A stretch of DNA of 41,069 nt from a virus (lineage: Duplodnaviria > Heunggongvirae > Uroviricota > Caudoviricetes), in the IMG/VR virus record IMGVR_UViG_2737471864_000010, positions 1 through 41,069 of that record. One strand, written 5' to 3'. The notes beneath the pieces were generated by a model. The model saw nothing but the letters and a program-made list of their open reading frames with translations, was not told the origin of the DNA and did no database searches. Made by a program: the position numbers and the translations under genes. This document shows positions 8,283 to 18,247 of this stretch, one piece after another (position 1 is the stretch's first letter; the number at the start of each line of letters is the position of its first letter).

Positions 8283-8777
8283 GTGTCTGATTCTATGAGT
8301 TACGCTGTGCTAGTTGCCGCAACTCTATTTCTGGGGATAGGGTTGCAGATTGCGTGGTTCTTTTTTTCTAGTTTTATTAAACGTAAAAGAATTGAATCAA
8401 GGATATCTGAGATTTCTATTGCTATAGGGAAAAATGCTGAAAATCCAGAGAATGAGGCCTGCGCACTGAATTACCTTAAAGAAAAGTTTTCCCCTGAAAA
8501 ATTTGAAAACAGAATTACTGATGCTCTTGGATTGGTAATATCAGTAATTCATATGCCACTAAGTTTGCTGATAACAGTGTGGTACTTCGCCATGATCGCC
8601 GGAAGAATATTTGGTTTCATGAATATAGAGCCTGTAGTTCTTTGGGTTCCAATGATACTGCAATTGTTGTTAAGCGTTGCTATCTTTATTTTTTCTGTTT
8701 TTATAAAAATTGTCTTCGGAAGATACCCCGGAGAAGCGAAGGGATTTAATAAAGAATTCATAAAAACTATAAAATAA
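8283..8777 (+). CDS. Polytopic inner-membrane protein at the sieA (superinfection exclusion) position
   Basis: 164 aa with about four hydrophobic segments; GTG start preceded by AAGGAGG; lies between the gp16-like gene and the immI region where P22 carries sieA. Homology to SieA not verified. Confidence 0.4.
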   Translation: MSDSMSYAVLVAATLFLGIGLQIAWFFFSSFIKRKRIESRISEISIAIGKNAENPENEACALNYLKEKFSPEKFENRITDALGLVISVIHMPLSLLITVWYFAMIAGRIFGFMNIEPVVLWVPMILQLLLSVAIFIFSVFIKIVFGRYPGEAKGFNKEFIKTIK

Positions 8778-8799
8778 ATGCCGTCCTTGGCTTACAGTG

Positions 8800-10641
8800 C
8801 TACTGCCGGGTAGCTTCGTTAACTAAGAGCGGGCGCACGGCAGTAGCCGCCTGATTTAGCGCTCTTTCATAAGCTGGCGTTCCAGCTTTAGTGTTTGCCA
8901 GACGTAAGAGCGCATTCCTTGCTGCTTTGGATTCATACAAGCGCATCATTGCACCGAAACCAGCCTCAAGCCCCATTGATACGCCAAGAGTCGTAGTTGC
9001 GCCAATCGTCCTTATCCTGTTGGCTTGCGATTGCCCCGTCTGAGTTACTACATTTGCGGTGTCTGATCTTGCTGTTTGCTGTAGAACTTCATGAAGAGCA
9101 TCAAGTTCTTTCATGTGCTTTCCAGAAAAAATAGCGTTGTAAATTTCACCACCTGACTGAGATTTCAGCTTATTAACTTCCGTGATGAACTTGGCTGGAG
9201 AGTCACCGGCCTTTTCCGCTATTTTGCTGACGTAAGCTGCACGCATAGCATCTTTCCCTTTATCATCCAATGCGCTCCAGATTCGTTTCACGTCAGATGG
9301 TTTTCTGCTTAATACAACAGTATTTATAAGTTCAGGACTGGCTTCACTGCTTGCCTTGTTGAGCTTGTTAGCAATGTTTTTATTAAGCACCTTATTATAA
9401 ACGTTTGCATAATCGGAATTTGCTTTAAGGTATTTTGCTGCGTCTGAAGCACCGAGGTTTTTAGCAACTGCGTTACGAAGGTCTTTTGACATTGCATTCT
9501 CTACCATATTGGTAGCTGCTTTTGCCTGGTTGGGGAAGACCATGGCATCTCCCTGAACATTAGATCTAAATGCTGTTCTGTGCTGGCGCAAGAGATCAAA
9601 CGTAACATCCAAATCAGTTGCAGGGTTTGCTAATTCTTCACGTAGGTTACGCAAGGATGTAAGCAGGCTTTGATTGGCAGAAGTCCCAAGCCGTTCCTGT
9701 CTTGCGATCGCTGTATTCAGAGCATTCATGGTATTTGTGGTATCAACTGCGGCATTACCCATTTTATTGGTGACGTCATTGATAACAGCGCCAGCGGCAT
9801 CCTTCCGTCCCCTTAACGTGGTGGTCAGAGATTTCACCACATCATCAGGGTTGTACTCACCAAAACGGTCAAAATAATTGCTTACCAGCTTACTACGCGT
9901 TGCATATTGCTCCGCTCTCTTTGAGCCTGTCCCGAGCAAAGCCCCCTCGGCATCCTGAGTAAGGCCGCGAGTGAAAGCATTTTTCGGCGGGATAACATCA
10001 GATGTCATTGGTGTCACGCCCATCGATTCTGATGTGGCAATTTTCTTCGCCACTTCTGGCGCAATATCACCTTTTATAGCCGTTATTCCACGCCCTATTC
10101 CCTTTGCTGCTGCGGAAAGAACACCCTGAGCGGCAAGGTTAACTCCGGCATTTTTAGCTGCATTTTGTGCGAAATCACCTTTCTGATTTGCGGCCTCTGC
10201 CAGTGATCCAATAGCCATGCTTCCTGCCGTTCCAACTCCTGGAACTAAATACCCGCCAATTGTTTCTCCAGCTTGAGCGTAGGGGTCTGTCGGTCTGTCT
10301 ACTGGACGATAAACATCATCCAAAACCTTGGGGCCACCAAGCCCCTGACTGATTGCATTAATCAGACTTGCGCCACCCTGCAATACGTCAAATGGTATGT
10401 TTACCAGACCACGACCAGCCTGTTCTGCAATTTGCCCTGCACTTTGACCACCAGTGAGCCAATCGCCAGCTTGTTGCATCAATGATGGTTCTTCCCGTGT
10501 TGGTGCATTATTGGCCTGATTAACTGTTTGTTGCTGAACAGCCTGACCAGCAAAATACTCATCAATGGCGGTGCCAATATCTTCGGTGCTCGTACCATCA
10601 GGGAAGGTAAATGTCTTACCGTTTGCAGTTACTTTCATCAT
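8800..10641 (-). CDS. Ejection (internal virion) protein, P22 gp16-like
   Basis: 613 aa, Ala/Gly-rich; size and position after gp7 and gp20 match P22 gene 16. Confidence 0.65.
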   Translation of the reverse strand: MMKVTANGKTFTFPDGTSTEDIGTAIDEYFAGQAVQQQTVNQANNAPTREEPSLMQQAGDWLTGGQSAGQIAEQAGRGLVNIPFDVLQGGASLINAISQGLGGPKVLDDVYRPVDRPTDPYAQAGETIGGYLVPGVGTAGSMAIGSLAEAANQKGDFAQNAAKNAGVNLAAQGVLSAAAKGIGRGITAIKGDIAPEVAKKIATSESMGVTPMTSDVIPPKNAFTRGLTQDAEGALLGTGSKRAEQYATRSKLVSNYFDRFGEYNPDDVVKSLTTTLRGRKDAAGAVINDVTNKMGNAAVDTTNTMNALNTAIARQERLGTSANQSLLTSLRNLREELANPATDLDVTFDLLRQHRTAFRSNVQGDAMVFPNQAKAATNMVENAMSKDLRNAVAKNLGASDAAKYLKANSDYANVYNKVLNKNIANKLNKASSEASPELINTVVLSRKPSDVKRIWSALDDKGKDAMRAAYVSKIAEKAGDSPAKFITEVNKLKSQSGGEIYNAIFSGKHMKELDALHEVLQQTARSDTANVVTQTGQSQANRIRTIGATTTLGVSMGLEAGFGAMMRLYESKAARNALLRLANTKAGTPAYERALNQAATAVRPLLVNEATRQ

Positions 10642-12089
10642 TCCACCGTAAATTGAATGCCTGATTTTGACGTGTAGCTACCTCCTGCTGATTGCTGAGT
10701 AGGCGGCTGTTGCATTGATGATTTCTTCCCTCCATTACCGACATTAACGTTATATTGCTGGTTGTAATTGTCGGTATATTGCTGAATGTCGCGCATTGAT
10801 TGTTGCAGCGCTTCAGGACTTGAGAAATCAGGCTTTGGCATACCCTGAAAATACCTATTGGCCTCTGCTTCGGTGTTGATGCCAGATGCCCCCATATCTC
10901 GGGCTGCTGCAATCCCCTGATTTTGCATTTTGCCCATGATTCGCTGTGCAGCGTTGTATAGCCTCCTCTGATCACCACCAGATGCACGGCTACGAATATC
11001 TGCACCAAGAGCAAAAGAACCTGAAGAACCTGTAATACCTGTCATGAAGCCAAGATCGTCAATTGATGCGCCAGAAATTGCATCAATATCTTTCTTCATT
11101 TCGTAATTCTGTGCATTAGCTGCCGATGTAGCCGGAGCAGCAATAGAACTGGCGGGGACGCGAATCATATTGCCCTCGTTGTCTATTCCTTCGTAGAACG
11201 CATTAGCACCAGCGCCGTGAAGCTTCCTACCAACCGTTACTGTTCTGCCATCTGCCAGTTGCACAACATTCTCCCCGCCAGCATCAGGACGGCCTCGAAC
11301 ACGAAGATATGTCTTTTGTTGCTCCGGAGACAGGCTGTTGAAATATTGATATTCTTTAACAGATGCAGGAACAGCACCTCCAGCAGTGCGCAGGGAGTTT
11401 TCACGGCTAACAGCAATGCTTTGCGCCTGTAAACCTTCCCCAGCTTTATTGCTGCGAATCGTCTCTGCCAACTTGCCACGCTCAATATCCCGCCCCTCCA
11501 TTCGATCTTTTATATCGAAGTACTTCTCATGACCGAGAGAAAATAGTGCCAGATTACCTGCGAAGTGCTGGAAGCCCTGCGGGTCATTAACCTGCATTTC
11601 AGCAATAGTTTCTGGAGGTATACCTAAACGACGCATCTCCTTTTCGTTATCCATCATGAACCTGCCAAATGCACCCGAGCCAAGCGACGAAGCTACCTGA
11701 GCCTTGAGCGCCAGATTGCCAAAATCATCCCGCTGGGCGTCATCGACATAGCCCATTCCTTTACGGACTTCCTCAAACTCTTCAGGGAATGCTGTAATAA
11801 GATTACGCATCTGCTCCCTGTCGCCGGACGCATAAGCATCTGCATAACCTTTCTGGAATGCAGCTTTACGCTCCTGCTGTTGCTGCTGCTTATAAATATC
11901 AGCAACTCCAGCCAGACCACGTAACGCGGTCAGACCAACGTTATTTACACCTGAGCGAGCCAGTTCATTGTTTTCGCGGATCAGGCCAAGCGTTGCATTA
12001 ATGTCTTTTGCCTTTGGCGCATTCTCGTTTTGCGCACCAATGCCAGCCAGAAAACCACCAGAATTAATACCCTGTTGCCACGTAGCCAT
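10638..12089 (-). CDS. Ejection protein, P22 gp20-like
   Basis: 483 aa; gene order and size. Confidence 0.65.
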   Translation of the reverse strand: MATWQQGINSGGFLAGIGAQNENAPKAKDINATLGLIRENNELARSGVNNVGLTALRGLAGVADIYKQQQQQERKAAFQKGYADAYASGDREQMRNLITAFPEEFEEVRKGMGYVDDAQRDDFGNLALKAQVASSLGSGAFGRFMMDNEKEMRRLGIPPETIAEMQVNDPQGFQHFAGNLALFSLGHEKYFDIKDRMEGRDIERGKLAETIRSNKAGEGLQAQSIAVSRENSLRTAGGAVPASVKEYQYFNSLSPEQQKTYLRVRGRPDAGGENVVQLADGRTVTVGRKLHGAGANAFYEGIDNEGNMIRVPASSIAAPATSAANAQNYEMKKDIDAISGASIDDLGFMTGITGSSGSFALGADIRSRASGGDQRRLYNAAQRIMGKMQNQGIAAARDMGASGINTEAEANRYFQGMPKPDFSSPEALQQSMRDIQQYTDNYNQQYNVNVGNGGKKSSMQQPPTQQSAGGSYTSKSGIQFTVE

Positions 12090-12099
12090 TGATTACCCC

Positions 12100-12792
12100 T
12101 TAAAACAACGAGCCAAGCAGACCAAGACCAGCACCGATACCAGCACCCCACGGAGTTGATAGCTCGAGAGCACTGGCTATGCCACCACCCAAAAGCGCAC
12201 CGGATGCAGCACCACTAACCCCCTGCTGCAATGCTGACGGTCGGTTGGCGTTTGCCGCAGCCAGCGCCGCGCTTTGCTGTGAAATCTGACTCATGTTGTT
12301 GGCATATGTTTGCCCGGCGTTTGCCTGACCTTGCAGAGCACCAAGCCCAACGTTTGCCAGATTCTGGTAGTTGTTCATCTGACCAGACAGCCACTGCTGA
12401 CCAAGCGTTGGTGCGATTGTTGCTAACTGATTACCGGTTGCAGTGGAACCCAATCCACCTGTTGCTTCCGCTGCCGCCAGACTCTGATAGCGAGCCTGAC
12501 CAGCAAGATCTTTGTACTGCTGAGAGTTGTAATACTGGTTAAGTGCCTGACCTTGCCCTTCCAGAGACGATAAGTTCTCGAGGCTGCCGACATACTTATC
12601 AGCCAGAGGAGTAAACGGCTTCAGGTTGTTCATGATGGTGTTGAACTGCTGATTTTGCAGGTCTGCTGCATACTTCTGAGCTTCTGCTGCATACTTTGCG
12701 CTTTTATCAGAGCTGCCACCTTTCCCGCCTTTTTCAGGGCAATAAGGTTCCTCGCCGCGCAGTTTTCTGCCCAGCTTAAATGCATATAACAT
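12100..12792 (-). CDS. Ejection protein, P22 gp7-like
   Basis: 230 aa, Gln/Ala/Gly-rich with a hydrophobic C-terminus; gene order and size. Confidence 0.6.
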   Translation of the reverse strand: MLYAFKLGRKLRGEEPYCPEKGGKGGSSDKSAKYAAEAQKYAADLQNQQFNTIMNNLKPFTPLADKYVGSLENLSSLEGQGQALNQYYNSQQYKDLAGQARYQSLAAAEATGGLGSTATGNQLATIAPTLGQQWLSGQMNNYQNLANVGLGALQGQANAGQTYANNMSQISQQSAALAAANANRPSALQQGVSGAASGALLGGGIASALELSTPWGAGIGAGLGLLGSLF

Positions 12793-12794
12793 GG

Positions 12795-13250
12795 CTATCT
12801 CCCGTGATTCAGGAAGTCGATTAGTTCTTCGCGTGTGGCGCTGTAAAAAGTCACGTCATCCACGCCTTTAAAGTATTTCTTGATGGTTCCTACACGATTA
12901 AGGCCAATCATTGCGCAGTAAATCTGCCCGTGGCGGAATTTGCGTGCTGCGAACGATGTGACGCACTGAACGGTGGTGTTAGTCAGAATGTATCGCCAGA
13001 ACGCCAGCCCGATTTCCTTGCTGAAGCCGCGAATCTCTGACAGGAACATGGCGTGGCAATCGAATGTCAGCGGCTGAATCTCCTGATAGTAAACAATGCC
13101 GCCGAACTGCCCGTGCACGTTCACCTCAAAGTAACGGCAATCAGGTTTGTAGTCGTATCCATCACCGTTGTTGCTCCCGGCAATAATGTCAGGGTGATTT
13201 CCTACTGCTTCTATCAGGTCGATGTTTCGCGTTGGTTTGAATGTAATCAT
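12795..13250 (-). CDS. P22 gp14-like virion assembly protein
   Basis: 151 aa between the tail-needle and gp7-like genes. Confidence 0.5.
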   Translation of the reverse strand: MITFKPTRNIDLIEAVGNHPDIIAGSNNGDGYDYKPDCRYFEVNVHGQFGGIVYYQEIQPLTFDCHAMFLSEIRGFSKEIGLAFWRYILTNTTVQCVTSFAARKFRHGQIYCAMIGLNRVGTIKKYFKGVDDVTFYSATREELIDFLNHGR

Positions 13251-13888
13251 TAATCAATCAACCCATGTGCACGCAAGGCGTCTTCCAAAGCCTTAGTGCG
13301 CCGACGCTCAGCAATTAGAGCATTGGCTATAGTCTGGATTTCAGATTGCGTGTAAGTATCGCTAACGGTGAATGTCAGGTCAGCATTGAATACGCCTTTA
13401 TTCGCCGTACCTGTTGCCGCGGTCCATCCAGTCTGGCGAGCGCCAACAACTTTTGTACCGTTAACAGAATAACTTCCTGATACGTTAAGGGATGAGGCAA
13501 GAGTTTGAGTTCCTGCTCTGCTGAGTGAAACATAATCAACGATTATCTCTGATACCTTACCGTCGATATCCTGAACTTTTATTTTCAGACCATTAACATC
13601 ATTCTCTATTTCAAGAAGCTTTACTTTTATTCCTGAAATATCCTCTTCTGTTTTTGCAATTCTTTTTTCGTGCTCATCAAGAATTACATCCTGCTCATCA
13701 TTTCTGACCTGCGCATCATAAGCACCGCCTCCTGCCTGATTTGCCTTTTCTGCAATGGAGCCAACATCAGTACCCTGATTTATGACATACAGAAGGTAAG
13801 ACTGACTGAATATGTTGCGAGGGAGAATAGATGCATCAATGCGTGTAGCCTGAACCACGACAGGCTTATTAAGTGACGGGTCTGCCAT
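13250..13888 (-). CDS. Tail needle protein (P22 gp26-like)
   Basis: 212 aa; N-terminus [27 protein letters not shown] and C-terminus …[33 protein letters not shown] closely match P22 gp26 as recalled. Confidence 0.85.
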   Translation of the reverse strand: MADPSLNKPVVVQATRIDASILPRNIFSQSYLLYVINQGTDVGSIAEKANQAGGGAYDAQVRNDEQDVILDEHEKRIAKTEEDISGIKVKLLEIENDVNGLKIKVQDIDGKVSEIIVDYVSLSRAGTQTLASSLNVSGSYSVNGTKVVGARQTGWTAATGTANKGVFNADLTFTVSDTYTQSEIQTIANALIAERRRTKALEDALRAHGLID

Positions 13889-13891
13889 ATT

Positions 13892-15310
13892 TTACTCCAG
13901 ACGAATTTGACACCCGGATAGTGTTACTGGTGACTTCGTGATAACGCGCAATTTGAAGCCGACATTTTTCCTGATGCGCCCGACTCGCTTCCACAAAACA
14001 CGTTTGTCGTAAACGAACGGTTCATTCTGTTCAATCATCTGCTCACGTCCGTAATTGATTCCGTCAGTGGTTGCAGAGAGGAACAGGCGGTCGGCGTACT
14101 GCGCAACACCAGTTGAAGATTCAACCTCAAGGTCGAACACTCTTGCGTTATCCGCTTTGAACAGCGGAGTAAACAGCAGATGTTCCTGTTGCTTGTCGTA
14201 CTGGCTGCTGATATCGAATTGCAATTTCCCGGTAACAGATTCCAGCTTATCGCCACACGTTATCTGATTGCCTTCGTAAATGAAGTCGATAGCGCGGTAC
14301 ACATCGTCATACAAGCCAGTTTTCAACACACACCATTGCGGACCATTGGCGCTTGAAGATGCGTCGTACACGAGGACGTGGCGCGGAAGGTGGATAATCA
14401 GCAACTCATGAGCATCAAACCGCAGCGATTCCATCACACCATCAGCCAGTTCATCAGCAGTGTAGGAGCGGAGAATTTTCTCAATGCTCGCGCTGGCGAT
14501 TGGTGACACCTGACCGGAGCCGATGATATATACAGACGGCGCACCTGTTGCCGGATTGCTGATGAAAGCATAGGAATCAGCGAATGGCGTTTTGCAGTAA
14601 GTCCCGGCGATACCTTTTTGCACCATCAGTGATGGCTGTGCGACATACAAAGCAGCACCAACGGTGGTTGCGCCAGTCAGGGAGAAATATTCAATCGTCG
14701 ATGAACCAAAGCAGACGATGAAGTCTCGCCATGTTCCGATGCCGATGATGCCGTCAGGCTGCGATTCTGCGCGATATTGTGCGCTGTATCGGTCAGGATG
14801 TGATTCGTCTTCAAGGTCAGTGATAAACCATGAATCAGTACCGTCTTTTGACCACGCATAACGCCCACGTAAGCGCGTAATGTCGCGAACTGAACCTAAC
14901 TCATACTGCGTGAATCCGCTGTCCGTAGGCCAGTTTGAGACGGTTTTAACCGTGCCATCATAGCGATACTCGACCAGTTGACCATTAACGCCTACCGCCT
15001 GTGATGTCCGACCATGCGCCATTGATACGCGACCACTTCCGGCAACATCACCGACCTCGCTTTCGCCCTTATACAACTTGCCACCGCAAACGCGATAAAC
15101 AGCATTCTGCGCCATGTTGTACTCGACACCGCGCGATACACCATTCACATCAGAACGTTTGGCAATGCCCGGGAATGAGCGAAGATATCCGCTGCTGTTG
15201 AGTATTTCTTTGGGTGTAGCCAACATATTCGCTGGCAGATAGTCGATATAGTCGGCGTTTCTGAAATCTTTGCCGACACCTTTCATAAGCGGAAGTTGCT
15301 GAATAGGCAT
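13892..15310 (-). CDS. Tail accessory / head completion protein (P22 gp10-like)
   Basis: 472 aa, same length as P22 gp10, in the conserved position. Confidence 0.75.
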   Translation of the reverse strand: MPIQQLPLMKGVGKDFRNADYIDYLPANMLATPKEILNSSGYLRSFPGIAKRSDVNGVSRGVEYNMAQNAVYRVCGGKLYKGESEVGDVAGSGRVSMAHGRTSQAVGVNGQLVEYRYDGTVKTVSNWPTDSGFTQYELGSVRDITRLRGRYAWSKDGTDSWFITDLEDESHPDRYSAQYRAESQPDGIIGIGTWRDFIVCFGSSTIEYFSLTGATTVGAALYVAQPSLMVQKGIAGTYCKTPFADSYAFISNPATGAPSVYIIGSGQVSPIASASIEKILRSYTADELADGVMESLRFDAHELLIIHLPRHVLVYDASSSANGPQWCVLKTGLYDDVYRAIDFIYEGNQITCGDKLESVTGKLQFDISSQYDKQQEHLLFTPLFKADNARVFDLEVESSTGVAQYADRLFLSATTDGINYGREQMIEQNEPFVYDKRVLWKRVGRIRKNVGFKLRVITKSPVTLSGCQIRLE

Positions 15311-15319
15311 TTATTCACC

Positions 15320-15781
15320 TCACGTACTCGGATCATCTTTCTCGATGTAAAACCGATTCCACGTAAACGCGCTTTTTAACCCCGCCCCGCGAGGCATGTC
15401 ATTTCGTCGCTCAAGTGGTGGTATTTTGGTTAAAGCGATACAGATTGTTTGATATGCACTGTCAGCAGCGGTAAGGAGAGCGTCTGACGGCTGAATGACG
15501 TTATCCATGCACACTTGCACAGCGAGCTTCAAAGCGACGCCATCATTTGCCCATGCAGGGATACCTGAATCATCGTCAGGCAACGGCATGATGCCGTTTT
15601 CTGTATCAGCAAACTGATACCCAAGCTCGATACCTTTCGCCTGCCATGCTGCCATCATGTCTTCGAGGTCATTAATGGCATCTTCAATTGCCTGAGGGTC
15701 GGCATCTGTCAACGTGGCATTGGAATACAGCCCGGCTTTTCGTAAAGCCTTAAGAACGAGATCACCCTTCGTTTTCGCCAT
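15320..15781 (-). CDS. Head completion / tail accessory protein (P22 gp4-like)
   Basis: 153 aa downstream of the coat gene; position and size. Confidence 0.55.
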   Translation of the reverse strand: MAKTKGDLVLKALRKAGLYSNATLTDADPQAIEDAINDLEDMMAAWQAKGIELGYQFADTENGIMPLPDDDSGIPAWANDGVALKLAVQVCMDNVIQPSDALLTAADSAYQTICIALTKIPPLERRNDMPRGAGLKSAFTWNRFYIEKDDPST

Positions 15782-15950
15782 CTTCTTCCGCCTTAGCCAC
15801 TTTTTGCTTCGTTGCGGTTTCTTCAGGAGTTTTTACCCAGCCTTTTTTCAGGTGAGATTTAACTTCTTCGTCATCAACAATGATGTAATCGACAGCAAAC
15901 TGACCACAGGTGATCATGTTGCCCGGCTTATAGAGCATTGTTCGTGCCAT
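15762..15950 (-). CDS. Small hypothetical protein after the coat-gene terminator
   Basis: Track ORF 15762..15986 trimmed to the internal ATG (MARTMLYKPG…) that follows a GGGAGA site and lies just downstream of the terminator hairpin. Confidence 0.3.
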   Translation of the reverse strand: MARTMLYKPGNMITCGQFAVDYIIVDDEEVKSHLKKGWVKTPEETATKQKVAKAEEDGENEG

Positions 15951-15961
15951 TGTCTTCTCCC

Positions 15962-15984
15962 AATAAAAATGGGGCCGAAGCCCC
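15962..15984 (-). terminator. Intrinsic terminator immediately downstream of the coat gene
   Basis: Minus strand GGGGC-TTCG-GCCCC followed by ATTTTTATT. Confidence 0.7.
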
Positions 15985-15991
15985 ACCTAAA

Positions 15992-17245
15992 TTACTGCCC
16001 GGCAATAACGATTCCCGTATATTCAGGAACAAGTACAGAGCAACCGTACAGAGTGGTGAAACGAGCAGTGGTTACGCCTTTGATGTGGTCGAAGGCGTAA
16101 GACATGATCAGCGTAGCGCCCTGCTCGGTGGTTGCTGTCATTACCTGTGGACCCTGACCAGTCGGGAACGCCAGTTTGCCGTACATCAGTTCAACAGAAC
16201 CATCAGCCCAGAACAGGTTAGCCGGTGCGGCATTTTTGTTGAGAATGGTAATTGCTGCACCATTTGCCGCGTTAGCATCAACGTTTGCATATGGACGGCT
16301 GGCGACATCCGCGTTGTCAGGCGGCAGAATTTTCGGGGAGATAGTTACTGTCGTTCCGCTAACTGCAAGAACGCGGAATACCTGCGGTTGCCCGGTGGTG
16401 TCTTTGGTGATCTGGTGTACGGAATTCACGCCAGCAATGGTGAACGCATCGCCAACCTGCAAACCAGATGCAGATACCGTAATAGTCCCCTGTCGGTTAT
16501 CCACTGGCATATCATTGTCATCTTTCGCTTCAACCTTGTGCGCAGGTTCAGCCGCCAGCGTCAGGGAAGTTGCTGTACCCTTCGGGACACGACCAGAAAT
16601 ATCGGTCTTGTAGCTATCGAAGGACGCGACAGGAGGGATTTGCGCTTTTTCGTATGCTGTCAGGGTTGCGCCCTGAGCATAGGCACGGTGACCAAGCTCG
16701 CCAGCAAGGTCTTTGTAGTTGAAGGGGTTCCAGAAAGAGCGACGGTTGATACCCTGAGGTACACCAATCGCCGTCATGGTGGCATCAATACCTGCCGCAC
16801 AGTTCCACAAATCACGGCCCTGTGAACCTGTGGTTGAGTCAGCCATCGTGATCACGTTAGTAGCACGCTGCGTAACCATGGAAATCAGGTCAGAGTCAAT
16901 CTGTGCAGCAAGGCGCATACCTGCGGCGCGACCAGCTTCAGTTTTATGTTCCGGGTCACGCATTTCACGCGCATCCAGAGTGTACAGAATGTTTTTCGGC
17001 TCCTTGAACACAGAAGGAACAAGGCGCTGAACCAGTGCTGTTGGCGTTTTGCCGCTGAGGTCTAGGCCTTCCTCAATGTTCATGTGGTAATGCTGCGGAC
17101 GATACAGAACATCACCTGCTCGCTGCATTGCTGTATCACCGGGACGGAATTTTTTAGCGTTACGGGAAACTACGCAGGCGGCCTCAAAGCCTTCAACGTA
17201 GTTTTCGAACATGATTTCAAGGTCTTTTGCTAATTGGTTAGCCAT
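15992..17245 (-). CDS. Major capsid (coat) protein, P22/Sf6 type
   Basis: 417 aa; blocks such as RPYANVDANAANGAAITILN and VFWADGSVELMYG parallel P22 gp5; follows the scaffold gene. Confidence 0.85.
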   Translation of the reverse strand: MANQLAKDLEIMFENYVEGFEAACVVSRNAKKFRPGDTAMQRAGDVLYRPQHYHMNIEEGLDLSGKTPTALVQRLVPSVFKEPKNILYTLDAREMRDPEHKTEAGRAAGMRLAAQIDSDLISMVTQRATNVITMADSTTGSQGRDLWNCAAGIDATMTAIGVPQGINRRSFWNPFNYKDLAGELGHRAYAQGATLTAYEKAQIPPVASFDSYKTDISGRVPKGTATSLTLAAEPAHKVEAKDDNDMPVDNRQGTITVSASGLQVGDAFTIAGVNSVHQITKDTTGQPQVFRVLAVSGTTVTISPKILPPDNADVASRPYANVDANAANGAAITILNKNAAPANLFWADGSVELMYGKLAFPTGQGPQVMTATTEQGATLIMSYAFDHIKGVTTARFTTLYGCSVLVPEYTGIVIAGQ

Positions 17246-17263
17246 GCTTAATGCTCCGATAGG

Positions 17264-18157
17264 TTATTTTTTTGCCTTTTTAGCGGCGAAATACGGCGTC
17301 CAGTCACCAGTTTCCAGCGCCTTGGCTTTCAGTTTGTCGAGGTTATTGATTACTGCGCCGTTGCTCCCCTTAACTGTCGGGGTTGTGGCTGCCGTGGTTT
17401 TTGCTTTTGGCATGATTCTGGCCTTCGATTCGATACGTTCCAGCAGACGACCAATTGCTACGGGGTTGGTAGCTTCTGCCAGTTGCTTGCGCAGTTCAGC
17501 GTTGCGACCGAGTGCCAGAACAACGATTTCCGGCTTCTCTGACTCAAACAGGATCGCGTTTTGTGTCTCGATGGGGATTTCCTCGAGTACGGCCTGCTCA
17601 GCTTCCTGATAGCCAGGAACTTTGAGAGCCTTAACACGTTGCTGATATTTGGATAATCGCTCTTGATAGGCAGCCTGAAGCTCCTGCTCCTTCTGCTTGC
17701 GAGCCATCTCCTGTTGCTGGTACTTGCCGTTATCCTCTGCCCACTTAGCCATGCGTTGCTGGTAGATTTCTTCATCGAAACCGATGTCCTCATCATCCAG
17801 TTTTGGCATTCGCGGTGGTTGAGTGATTACCGGCTGCTGCTCGACGGGTTTCTGAGACTGACGCATCAGCTCTTTCAGCTCGCGGTCTTTCTCTTTAATC
17901 GTCTTGCGCAGGTGTTTTACCAGTCCATGCTCTGCGCCATCTTCGCTGGTTGGCGAATCCAGCTTTTCGTCACCAAAGTAGAATTCCTGTTCTGATTCGT
18001 CGTCATCAGTTTCAGTATCTTCCTCTGCATCATTGCCGGAGGACTCACTGCCATCTTCTGTTTCGACTTCTTCAGCCCGTTCGACATCATCAGGAATCTG
18101 CTCTGACGCGTCGGTTTCGATTTCAACTTCTGGTGTGTTTTCTGCCATCTGGTCCAT
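17264..18157 (-). CDS. Scaffolding protein
   Basis: 297 aa, acidic N-terminus, helical Glu/Lys/Gln-rich middle, basic C-terminus; sits between portal and coat genes. Confidence 0.75.
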   Translation of the reverse strand: MDQMAENTPEVEIETDASEQIPDDVERAEEVETEDGSESSGNDAEEDTETDDDESEQEFYFGDEKLDSPTSEDGAEHGLVKHLRKTIKEKDRELKELMRQSQKPVEQQPVITQPPRMPKLDDEDIGFDEEIYQQRMAKWAEDNGKYQQQEMARKQKEQELQAAYQERLSKYQQRVKALKVPGYQEAEQAVLEEIPIETQNAILFESEKPEIVVLALGRNAELRKQLAEATNPVAIGRLLERIESKARIMPKAKTTAATTPTVKGSNGAVINNLDKLKAKALETGDWTPYFAAKKAKK

Positions 18158-18247
18158 TTGTTACCCCTGTTTACTCGATGTTCAGCCCATCGGAAGGCAA
18201 TAGGGTGCCAGGCCTCATAAAGACAGCCATTGCACGTTATGGGTTAA

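Noticed and set aside
15938-16825. 295-aa plus-strand ORF antisense to the coat gene (and similar antisense or out-of-frame ORFs inside portal, terminase, primase-helicase and ejection genes)
   Set aside because: Embedded within strongly supported structural genes; these are typical shadow ORFs of GC-biased coding sequence.
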